Part shown: positions 35,361 through 42,288 of the stretch, piece after piece | Position numbering within the stretch: the first letter of the stretch is position 1 | Layout: each line of letters starts with the position of its first letter | Virus record (IMG/VR): IMGVR_UViG_3300016667_000429 | Coordinates: 1-61,672 of that record | Length of the DNA: 61,672 nt | DNA from: a virus | Strand: one strand, 5' to 3' | The notes under the pieces: generated by a model | The model's input: only the letters and a program-made list of their open reading frames with translations | What the model was told of the DNA's origin: nothing | Database searches by the model: none | Program-made: the position numbers and the translations under genes

Positions 35361-35561
35361 TCACAAATCAGGATCAATCCAAAACCCGTCACCAAAGATC
35401 AGTGGGATCGGGTCGTAGTCAGGTCCCTCTGCTTTGGCAATCTGCTTTTGCAGCGCGGTGCATTTCTCGTGCAGCTCCATCACCTTGGAGTAAACCTCTT
35501 GCCCTTCCTTCAGCAGCCGGTTGTGCTCTTTCTTCAAATCGTTGATTTCTTTTGGCGTCAT
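35361..35561 (-). CDS. hypothetical coiled-coil protein
   Basis: 66-aa ORF with an ATGA-coupled start. Confidence 0.55.
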   Translation of the reverse strand: MTPKEINDLKKEHNRLLKEGQEVYSKVMELHEKCTALQKQIAKAEGPDYDPIPLIFGDGFWIDPDL

Positions 35562-35686
35562 TGCGGTTTCTCCTCTTCGTCGAACGTCATAGTTTCTGGG
35601 TGCGGCACAGGGTCATGCACGATCACGCCTTCGTCGTCTGCTTCAATCAGTCTGCCGCAGATCACGCAGTAGTAGCCGTCGCTCAT
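35558..35686 (-). CDS. 42-aa micro-ORF (CxxC)
   Basis: ATGA overlaps at both ends. MSDGYYCVICGRLIEADDEGVIVHDPVPHPETMTFDEEEKPQ. Confidence 0.5.
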   Translation of the reverse strand: MSDGYYCVICGRLIEADDEGVIVHDPVPHPETMTFDEEEKPQ

Positions 35687-35922
35687 TTCGATTTCTCCGG
35701 TGGATGAAGGAAGTTCAGCACTGCCGAATAGACGCGAAACCGACCATAGTTGTCGCCAACCTCATTCGCCCACCCTGCATAGCGCATCTCGACTTCGCAC
35801 TGCTGTAATAGCTCGTATGCTTCACTGAGTTCCTTTGCGCCCCAGTCAGGGTTGAATTCGGTTTCGCGTTCGCACCCAGACTGTTTACAAAACCCGCCGC
35901 AGCTTGAGCATTGTCTATCCAT
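35683..35922 (-). CDS. hypothetical Cys-rich protein
   Basis: The start at 35922 (MDRQCSSCGGFCKQSGCE...) has GAGGAG upstream. 8-nt overlap with the upstream gene. Confidence 0.5.
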   Translation of the reverse strand: MDRQCSSCGGFCKQSGCERETEFNPDWGAKELSEAYELLQQCEVEMRYAGWANEVGDNYGRFRVYSAVLNFLHPPEKSK

Positions 35923-36163
35923 GGTTTTTCTCCTCAAGCAACGCGCCACACAGGTCGCGCGCTGCGTCGTTGTTACCAGCAAAGACAACCACGTCTAATT
36001 CTTCCGGTTCAGGCTGCGCTAGTGCTGCGCGGAGTGCTTCATATAAAACAGCTATTGCTTTGTGTTGAAGTTGTAATTGTTCTTTACCGCCAAAATCTTC
36101 AATTATCGGCAGACCATGCTCCAACGCATTCAGCGCCATCTGCATCAGTTCTCGATCATTCAT
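35915..36163 (-). CDS. hypothetical protein
   Basis: ATGA-coupled start at 36163. Contains an ALAQPEPEE motif related to the LRARLAQPEP family. Confidence 0.55.
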   Translation of the reverse strand: MNDRELMQMALNALEHGLPIIEDFGGKEQLQLQHKAIAVLYEALRAALAQPEPEELDVVVFAGNNDAARDLCGALLEEKNHG

Positions 36164-36753
36164 GTGTTCTTCTCCTTTAGTTTGGCTTCGACTGCCGCGA
36201 CAACATTGCCAGTGCCCCAACACTCCGAGATTTCATCTCCCGTCAGACCTTGCCATTCGCGCTGTGGTGGGGCGGTGTAGAGATTGGACGGAATAACCTC
36301 CAAAGCAAGCAACGCAGTTTCAATTTCTTCCATATTTGGAATGAACCCATAATGCGCGTCAGGGTCGATGCTGTGATAAACGCGAAGCAAAAACGCCGGG
36401 TCAATAATCCAATCTTCCCCATGCTTTGGCGCATGACGCGGGAAACGTACCGAACATGTCACCGGCTCCGGTTTGCAGAACGATTCTGCCGAATCTGCCG
36501 AATGTGTTGCCGAATGTGGGCTGGTATAGAGCGGGACAGTGTAGGTCTTTGTCTGGTACGCGCTGAAGTCTCGGCTGAAGTCAGTAATTAAGCCTCGCAC
36601 AGTCCACGCCACCGGCTCCTGCTCGGGCTGCGCGAGTCGGGCGCGGAGTAGTTCGCTTGCTTCTCGGCGCGGCGTACCGACACTATTTCTTTCAATAACA
36701 TCCAGCACCTGCTGCATTTCGCTGCGCGTGAGTGTGATTGTGTTGTTAGTCAT
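36160..36753 (-). CDS. hypothetical protein, LRARLAQPEQ / YTAPPQREWQ family
   Basis: 197-aa ORF, paralogue of 34456..34845 with an inserted middle region. Confidence 0.6.
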   Translation of the reverse strand: MTNNTITLTRSEMQQVLDVIERNSVGTPRREASELLRARLAQPEQEPVAWTVRGLITDFSRDFSAYQTKTYTVPLYTSPHSATHSADSAESFCKPEPVTCSVRFPRHAPKHGEDWIIDPAFLLRVYHSIDPDAHYGFIPNMEEIETALLALEVIPSNLYTAPPQREWQGLTGDEISECWGTGNVVAAVEAKLKEKNT

Positions 36754-36760
36754 GCTCGCC

Positions 36761-36949
36761 TCATTTAGTGAACCCGCTTTGTACGCAGGTATACTTAACT
36801 GACTTAGTTGTTAGCTGAACCATCTTAGCCGCTGCTTTACCTGCGGCTTCGCAATGCTGCTCAGTAGCAAACACGGTGGTTGTCATGCTATTGCTGTCTT
36901 TTTCAGACAAAACACCGGCGTGTATAAACAGAATCAATACCCAAGTCAT
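36761..36949 (-). CDS. small protein with N-terminal hydrophobic (signal-like) segment
   Basis: MTWVLILFIHAGVLS.... ATGA-coupled start. Confidence 0.5.
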   Translation of the reverse strand: MTWVLILFIHAGVLSEKDSNSMTTTVFATEQHCEAAGKAAAKMVQLTTKSVKYTCVQSGFTK

Positions 36950-37212
36950 TGTTGTTCTCCTGTAGCTTTGGCGATGGCGGTGCGTATTTCAGCCTCTAGC
37001 TCGTCCGCAAATCCGCGCTCTTGGTTGATATTGCCAATGCAATTTTCCAGCGCTTCCAACAAAACAGGAGCAGCGGCTATCAGATGGGCGTCCTGAATTA
37101 CACGTGAAATGCGCTTGTCATCGTGAAACAAAGTCTCATTGTTTGCTCCTACCACTGTGACATGAGTCGCGGTTTCTCGGATCGTCCACGGCCCCGGCGT
37201 GTGTTTGTTCAT
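36946..37212 (-). CDS. hypothetical protein, HTPGPW...AHLIAAAPVL family with AIAKATGEQQ tail
   Basis: Paralogue of 33993..34265. Its 3' end is a 37-bp block identical to 35003..35039. Confidence 0.6.
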   Translation of the reverse strand: MNKHTPGPWTIRETATHVTVVGANNETLFHDDKRISRVIQDAHLIAAAPVLLEALENCIGNINQERGFADELEAEIRTAIAKATGEQQ

Positions 37213-37445
37213 TATTGTTCTCCTGTAGCTTTGGCGATGGCTTCCTGTGCAATCGTGTTGCCTATGCTGTTACCGTATCTATCGCCATTCCCAAGTCGAG
37301 CCAGCTTATCCAGAGCCGCCAGCAACTCAGCATTCACCTCATGCAAGCGGCGTAGTTCGGCGGCGGCAGCGTCTGTATCCGCGTATCCGTAAAGTTCCTC
37401 AAGCGCATCAGCCAGCCGCAAGGCTTCGGGTTGTTTGTCAGTCAT
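37212..37445 (-). CDS. hypothetical protein, MTDKQPEALRLA family
   Basis: Paralogue of 35003..35350. TAATG junction with the next gene. Confidence 0.6.
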   Translation of the reverse strand: MTDKQPEALRLADALEELYGYADTDAAAAELRRLHEVNAELLAALDKLARLGNGDRYGNSIGNTIAQEAIAKATGEQ

Positions 37446-37717
37446 TGTTCTCTCCTTGCGCGGATAGCTATTGCAGCTACTTTGTAATAGTTGGACAGCC
37501 TGTCTTTAGCTGCCATCTCATCCAATACTTTCGCACACGCCTCATTCTCATCCTTGCGACCTGCTTCGTATACTGCGGCGCATATTTGCCCTACGATTCC
37601 TTCAATGTTTACCCACGATCCATTGGAATGCGTGACAACTAAACCGCCGTGAATCCTATGAGGCTCTAACCCCGCGTTCCGCGCCCATGCGATGACTTGC
37701 TCTTGTGTTGGTTTCAT
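37442..37717 (-). CDS. hypothetical protein
   Basis: 91-aa ORF, ATGA-coupled. Confidence 0.55.
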   Translation of the reverse strand: MKPTQEQVIAWARNAGLEPHRIHGGLVVTHSNGSWVNIEGIVGQICAAVYEAGRKDENEACAKVLDEMAAKDRLSNYYKVAAIAIRARREQ

Positions 37718-37923
37718 TCCGTTCCCCTCCGTGACCGTACATCGGCCACCATCTCGTAATTGCCCATCATCAGCGGCTTCAGCGGCTTCAATTGAATCGT
37801 CACCACCGCGTCATACGCCCGCGCCATCTTGATGAGATAGTCGGCGTGGGCTTGCAGTGACAGCAGATCCATCTCGCGCCGCGATTCTTCAACCGTCTTG
37901 AACTTCACAATCTCGGCGCTCAT
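37714..37923 (-). CDS. hypothetical protein
   Basis: 69-aa ORF, ATGA-coupled. Confidence 0.55.
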   Translation of the reverse strand: MSAEIVKFKTVEESRREMDLLSLQAHADYLIKMARAYDAVVTIQLKPLKPLMMGNYEMVADVRSRRGTE

Positions 37924-38207
37924 TTCTTTTGCTCCGTGTCGATCAATTGAAACGATTCCATCGGGTAGGTGTACGCATCGCCGTCGTCATAGCGAACGTG
38001 GATCTCGTTCGCTAGTACGCCCCAACACCCGAACAACGTGGTGCTGTTCGGTGCGCTGGCGTACATCCGGCGCAGCGCCGGCCTGTCAGGGCAGGCTTCG
38101 GCGGTCAGCACGATCTTGCCCCCGGCCTTGTTCTTCCATTCCAGCCACTTCTCGGCGTGCGCGGTGCTGGCCGTGACCAGCAGCGCCATCAAAAGCAATC
38201 GCTTCAT
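37920..38207 (-). CDS. secreted/periplasmic protein (cleavable signal peptide)
   Basis: MKRLLLMALLVTASTAHA/EK signal-peptide pattern. Two Cys in the mature part. Confidence 0.6.
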   Translation of the reverse strand: MKRLLLMALLVTASTAHAEKWLEWKNKAGGKIVLTAEACPDRPALRRMYASAPNSTTLFGCWGVLANEIHVRYDDGDAYTYPMESFQLIDTEQKK

Positions 38208-38422
38208 AGCTCCCCCTCTTTTTCCTGTTCGTAATGTGTCTTGCTCAGTGACAAAACGTGAGCGAAGTTGATCCCCTGTAAGTCACAAAAGTGACGCAAG
38301 TCGGATAGAACGTCGATCACGTTTTCCTCGCTGGCAGCATCAAATGGCAGCTTCAGCAATTGCTCGGTATAAATCTGTACCGTGCATTGCGCCCGGTATG
38401 CGCGTTCGCGGTTTGTCATCAT
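38204..38422 (-). CDS. hypothetical protein
   Basis: 72-aa ORF, ATGA-coupled. Confidence 0.55.
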   Translation of the reverse strand: MMTNRERAYRAQCTVQIYTEQLLKLPFDAASEENVIDVLSDLRHFCDLQGINFAHVLSLSKTHYEQEKEGEL

Positions 38423-38709
38423 TCTTCGCCCCCCAGGAATCGCAAACCCTTCGGCGTGACCGTGAGCCGGTTAGCCCGCTTGTCGCGCTCGGACGGCTTC
38501 ACATCCACCAGCTTCGCCTCGATCAGCTCGTGAATGGCGTGATGCAGCGTGGCAGGACTGCCAACGCCTTCAGCCAGCGCCAGCCGCTTCAATTCGTTCT
38601 GACTGCACCCCGGCTTCTCGAACCGGCGGCACAGGTCGAGCAGGATTTCCGCGTGAATGGAAATACCAGCGGCTTGCCGCCGCTGGAAATGCTTGAATGG
38701 TGTGGTCAT
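38419..38709 (-). CDS. MarR-like winged-helix regulator
   Basis: CSQNELKRLALAEGVGSPATLHHAIHELIEAKLVDVKPSERDKRANRLTVTPKG matches the wHTH plus wing pattern. Confidence 0.55.
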   Translation of the reverse strand: MTTPFKHFQRRQAAGISIHAEILLDLCRRFEKPGCSQNELKRLALAEGVGSPATLHHAIHELIEAKLVDVKPSERDKRANRLTVTPKGLRFLGGEE

Positions 38710-39245
38710 TTCTTCGCCCCCTTCTTCTTGTCCGGCCAGCCAGCTTTCACAAGATCAGTAATCAGCCCCGTGACCGCCGGAACCGTCCGATCAAGCTTTA
38801 CCGCCGGGTCAGGCAGGTACTTCGCCAGCTCCGGCATAGCGTCACGCGCGGCCTTGACCGTGGTGAACGCCTTGATCGTTGACCATAGCTTTCGCTCCAG
38901 CTCCCGGCGCTCGTCTTTTTGCTTCCTGTCAGCCGCGTTCAGCTCGGTCAGCTTCTTGATGATCTTGGCATCCGTGATTCGGTAGTAGTTGCTATGCCCT
39001 TCGTTCGGCACGACAAAGCAGTTCGTGGTGTTGTAGTGGCTGTGGTCGTCAGCCCACCGAACCGTGTGCTGGTGAAAGTAATGGCGCGTGTCCGGGTTCT
39101 TGTAGAGGCGCACCACCGCAGCCGGGGCAATGTCGAGCAAATACTCTTGGGCAACCTTCTGTATCTGTTCGGTGTAGTCGGTCTTGGGTGTGTCAGCGAG
39201 TACGGCGCGAACGAATGCGTCGCGTAGGTTTTCGGTCAGTCTCAT
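38706..39245 (-). CDS. hypothetical protein
   Basis: 179-aa ORF, ATGA-coupled. Confidence 0.6.
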   Translation of the reverse strand: MRLTENLRDAFVRAVLADTPKTDYTEQIQKVAQEYLLDIAPAAVVRLYKNPDTRHYFHQHTVRWADDHSHYNTTNCFVVPNEGHSNYYRITDAKIIKKLTELNAADRKQKDERRELERKLWSTIKAFTTVKAARDAMPELAKYLPDPAVKLDRTVPAVTGLITDLVKAGWPDKKKGAKK

Positions 39246-39649
39246 GCTTGGCTCCTTTCAATGGTGATAGTCCCCGGTCGGGTAGATGTCAGCGTGATGC
39301 TGTCGCCAGCCGCGCCCAACCGTTCCAGCAGCTTCGTGCTGTTGATGTCAACAATCGGACGCTCCGGCTTGCCCGCAATGCGCCGCGCCCCGCCCTCGGT
39401 TTTGCTGATGACGTAGCGCCCGCTTTGCATATCGATCAGGTCGTACCTGTCGCCGTGAGCAAAGCCAGCGTCGAGCAGGAACTTGCCCTCGATCCAGAGG
39501 CGCAGGTTGCCCCGGTTCAGGCATACCTTGCGGGTCGCGGTAACGGTCGTGAGCGCAGCTACGCGCTCGCGGTGTCGAGTGAATACCCCGTCGTCAACCC
39601 CTTTCGGGGTTGAGCGCAGGGTTCGGTCAGCCTGTGCCATGTCGATCAT
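39242..39649 (-). CDS. hypothetical protein with AbrB/SymE-like swapped-hairpin segments
   Basis: ATGA-coupled start at 39649. LRLWIEGKFLLDAGFAHGDRYDLI...GRYVI resembles the SymE/AbrB-type pattern (weak recall). Confidence 0.5.
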   Translation of the reverse strand: MIDMAQADRTLRSTPKGVDDGVFTRHRERVAALTTVTATRKVCLNRGNLRLWIEGKFLLDAGFAHGDRYDLIDMQSGRYVISKTEGGARRIAGKPERPIVDINSTKLLERLGAAGDSITLTSTRPGTITIERSQA

Positions 39650-39978
39650 GCGGTCGCTCCTTTGTTCTGGTAGAAGGCTCGCGCCTCTTGAATCAGGAAT
39701 TGCAGGTCGTTCACTGCCGCCTGATGCTGGACTTCCACGTTCTTCTCGGTGCAACGGGACTTCGATAGCGTCACGCTCTTGTGATAGTCCTGATAGATCG
39801 CAAAGGTGAACCCAAAATCGGTTTTGACTGCAACGGATGCACTCGTCACCAGCCCTCGGTCGCTCTTGCGCGTGGTCAGTTGCAAAATGCGCTCGCCCTT
39901 CTTGATCTCGTCGCCCTCCAGCGGCACAACGGTTTCGGCTTTCCATCCATCACGGCCTTTGTAGATTTGCGTTCTCAT
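39646..39978 (-). CDS. hypothetical protein
   Basis: 110-aa ORF. AAGGAGCGAAGC precedes the ATG. First cistron downstream of hammerhead copy A. Confidence 0.6.
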   Translation of the reverse strand: MRTQIYKGRDGWKAETVVPLEGDEIKKGERILQLTTRKSDRGLVTSASVAVKTDFGFTFAIYQDYHKSVTLSKSRCTEKNVEVQHQAAVNDLQFLIQEARAFYQNKGATA

Positions 39979-40002
39979 GCTTCGCTCCTTCGTTCAGTAG
40001 TT

Positions 40003-40056
40003 GGACTCATCAGTACCGGCTTGACCGGCAGACCGGGGCGTACCCCGGTTTCGTCC
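40003..40056 (-). ncRNA. hammerhead ribozyme motif, type II topology (copy A)
   Basis: Minus-strand RNA: GGAC-GAA-ACCGGGG(UACG)CCCCGGU-C/UGCCGGU(CAA)GCCGGUA-CUGAUGA-GUCC. All invariant core positions and three helices are present. Lies in an intercistronic spacer. Confidence 0.75.
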
Positions 40057-40229
40057 TAGTCGGTGTTCTGGTCGCCTTCCTCGGCCAGTTCACCGTCGTT
40101 GCTGTCCAGCGCCACAAGGTTGTTATCCAGCCCAAAGTGGTACTTCACTTCCTCGTGCAGCTCGTCCCGCGCCGCTTCCAGCGTTTCGCCACGCACCCAA
40201 ACCACGCATTCAAATCGGTATAAATTCAT
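40056..40229 (-). CDS. 57-aa acidic micro-ORF
   Basis: GAGGAA SD. MNLYRFECVVWVRGETLEAARDELHEEV.... Its UAG stop abuts ribozyme stem II. Confidence 0.5.
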   Translation of the reverse strand: MNLYRFECVVWVRGETLEAARDELHEEVKYHFGLDNNLVALDSNDGELAEEGDQNTD

Positions 40230-40248
40230 GTTGAGAATTCCTCAATCT

Positions 40249-40515
40249 CTACGACAAAAAAACACCGCCGAAGTCGCGGTACGTGCGAATCGGTGTGCGC
40301 TCCTGATAGACCTCCTCGAACTTGACCGGCTCGCCCCGGTTCTTCTTCGCCTCCATGAACAGTGCCGCGTCGCAATCTTCTTCAAGGTAGGCCATGTTTT
40401 TGTGCTGATAGCTGTACCGGCTAATGCGATTGGTCAGGCCAAGACGCACCACCTCTGCCAGCGGAACCTCCAGCCAGCCGTGGCCGGGGTCAGAGATGAA
40501 TCGGTAGGTATTCAT
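40249..40515 (-). CDS. hypothetical protein (YRFISDPGHGWLEV family)
   Basis: ATGA-coupled start at 40515. Confidence 0.6.
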   Translation of the reverse strand: MNTYRFISDPGHGWLEVPLAEVVRLGLTNRISRYSYQHKNMAYLEEDCDAALFMEAKKNRGEPVKFEEVYQERTPIRTYRDFGGVFLS

Positions 40516-41144
40516 GCTGTCACCTCCTGTTCGGTCTTTTCGATCACCGGCTGGCGTTCCGCACCATGCACCCATACCGGCACGTTGAATTGCTCGTAGC
40601 CGCGCATCGCCATCACCACGCCGATAAAGTCAGGCACTTCGATGTTGACAAGGCACGTTCCCTGTCCACGCTGGCGAACCCACACCTTGCCGCCGTCCAG
40701 TGCCGCCGACACTTCCGCGAACCGCACCAGCAGGTACGGGTCAATCGCGCTCGGCGCGTCCGGCTCGATCAGCAGATCGCCGTTCTTGGGGGTCACGCGG
40801 CTCGTGTCGGGGAAAACACCGTCCACGGCCTTCATGGTCAGGTTGATACCCACGGCCGCAGCCTTGACCACGCCCTCGGACACATAGAACTCCACCAGCT
40901 CGTCAGCTTGCCGCTTCGTCCCCAACAGCGGCTTCAGCGAATCGCGCTCCAGAATCACCTCCGCTTGCGGCTTCGGCTCGGTCGAGATACGCAGCATTCC
41001 GAGCAGGTGTCCGTCAGTCGCCTCGATGATCGTGCCGAACTGCCCTTGCCGAACGTGCAGCCCGTTCAGGTAATACCGAACATCCTTCGTCGCCGCCAGC
41101 ACCAGCATGGCCTTCAGTTGCCCGCGCATAATCGAAAATTCCAT
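40512..41144 (-). CDS. two-domain DNA polymerase III beta (sliding clamp)-like protein
   Basis: KDVRYYLNGL...EATDGHLLG...VDGVFPD..RV.P...GVVMAMRG parallels DnaN domain II-III landmarks (RYYLNG, ATDGHRL, DG.FPDY..V.P, VVMPMRL; recalled from E. coli DnaN). Confidence 0.6.
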   Translation of the reverse strand: MEFSIMRGQLKAMLVLAATKDVRYYLNGLHVRQGQFGTIIEATDGHLLGMLRISTEPKPQAEVILERDSLKPLLGTKRQADELVEFYVSEGVVKAAAVGINLTMKAVDGVFPDTSRVTPKNGDLLIEPDAPSAIDPYLLVRFAEVSAALDGGKVWVRQRGQGTCLVNIEVPDFIGVVMAMRGYEQFNVPVWVHGAERQPVIEKTEQEVTA

Positions 41145-41155
41145 CGTTCGCTCCT

Positions 41156-41389
41156 TCAGTCGTCAAAGTCAGGGGAAACAGTAAAACCCATGTCACGCAG
41201 CCCCCGCGCTACGTCACCGGGCAGACAAGCCACGCCGTCATAGTCCACCAGCGATCCGTCCTCGAACCACAGACCGCCGCCGCACTCGTCGCCGTAGTCC
41301 TCATGCTCGAAGTACCCGTACTGGGCAGTCGAATCGACCATCACCTCGAACTTGCCCACCCTCGTTACCTTGTCAAATGCGTATTTCAT
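41156..41389 (-). CDS. hypothetical acidic protein
   Basis: The start at 41389 has AAGGGG upstream. Confidence 0.5.
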   Translation of the reverse strand: MKYAFDKVTRVGKFEVMVDSTAQYGYFEHEDYGDECGGGLWFEDGSLVDYDGVACLPGDVARGLRDMGFTVSPDFDD

Positions 41390-41399
41390 AGCCAGCCCC

Positions 41400-41735
41400 T
41401 TAAACGTCATACCGATGATGAACAATTACCAGACAAGCAATTGTGCTGCCCGGATATTGGACGGCAGACACCGCATGGCAGTAGTAGCTGCCAGCCGCAC
41501 CACCCTCGCGGTAAACCTGCGGCAGTAGCCATTGCTCGGCCTGTTCCGGCGCCAGCTCGGCATTGCGGCAGGTCAGCAGCACCACGCCGTCCGTACCGCG
41601 ACCGTTCGGAAGGTCGATGTTGCCGACCGTTTCCATGTGAATCTCAACCTCGCGGATTGGGCAGTCGTCGGACTCGCAGACCGGGTTATCCGGCTCCATG
41701 TCGCGCCCGCAGAAGGCGCAGGTGCAGTTAGTCAT
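41400..41735 (-). CDS. hypothetical protein with N-terminal Cys cluster
   Basis: ATGA-coupled start at 41735. MTNCTCAFCGRDMEPDNPVCESDDCP. Confidence 0.55.
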   Translation of the reverse strand: MTNCTCAFCGRDMEPDNPVCESDDCPIREVEIHMETVGNIDLPNGRGTDGVVLLTCRNAELAPEQAEQWLLPQVYREGGAAGSYYCHAVSAVQYPGSTIACLVIVHHRYDV

Positions 41736-41860
41736 ACAGCCCTCCATTCCTTTGTCACAGGGTTGAATCCAGCCCGCAGCAGGGCATCAAATGCCCGCTG
41801 GCTCAAAGGCTGGAACCGCTTGCTGGCCGCGTAAGCGACGTATTCGGCGTAAGTTGGCAT
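41732..41860 (-). CDS. 42-aa micro-ORF
   Basis: GGGTGAGG precedes the ATG. MPTYAEYVAYAASKRFQPLSQRAFDALLRAGFNPVTKEWRAV. Confidence 0.45.
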   Translation of the reverse strand: MPTYAEYVAYAASKRFQPLSQRAFDALLRAGFNPVTKEWRAV

Positions 41861-41862
41861 CC

Positions 41863-41955
41863 TCACCCCCACACCAAAGCCACCACAAACCCGACCGCAG
41901 CAACCGCCGCGATCGTCCAGTCGATGTCCCACTCGAATCCGTCCCGGTCGTTCAT
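41863..41955 (-). CDS. 30-aa membrane micro-ORF
   Basis: ATGA-coupled start. MNDRDGFEWDIDWTIAAVAAVGFVVALVWG. Confidence 0.45.
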   Translation of the reverse strand: MNDRDGFEWDIDWTIAAVAAVGFVVALVWG

Positions 41956-42197
41956 GCCGCCACCTCGTCAGCCTTCGGCACGACACAAGACCGGCCTGAC
42001 ATGATCGCCACCGTCCACCACACCGGCATCTCGAAACCAGCCGCCACAAGGCCAGCCATCGCGCCGACAAAGAACTCCACCTCCAGCTCGCGGTACTTCT
42101 TCGTGCCAGCCTTCAGGCCAGCATTGGCAGCTCGCGCCACCCATTGCCGTTCCACGTTGTCCTGCATTTCCTTCGTTATGTGTCCCATGTGCGCCAT
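41952..42197 (-). CDS. 81-aa membrane protein
   Basis: The start at 42197 is preceded by AAGGGAGCGAACG. Hydrophobic FFVGAMAGLVAAGFEMPVWWTVAIM. First cistron downstream of hammerhead copy B. Confidence 0.55.
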   Translation of the reverse strand: MAHMGHITKEMQDNVERQWVARAANAGLKAGTKKYRELEVEFFVGAMAGLVAAGFEMPVWWTVAIMSGRSCVVPKADEVAA

Positions 42198-42236
42198 CGT
42201 TCGCTCCCTTGTTCGATGGCGGGCGCTACCCGCCGT

Positions 42237-42288
42237 TGCCTCATCAGTGCCGGTGCGACCGGCAGACCCGCCGCAGCGGGTTTCGGCA
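42237..42288 (-). ncRNA. hammerhead ribozyme motif, type II topology (copy B)
   Basis: Minus-strand RNA: UGCC-GAA-ACCCGC(UGCG)GCGGGU-C/UGCCGGU(CGC)ACCGGCA-CUGAUGA-GGCA. Same core as copy A, with compensatory changes in all three stems. Confidence 0.75.
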
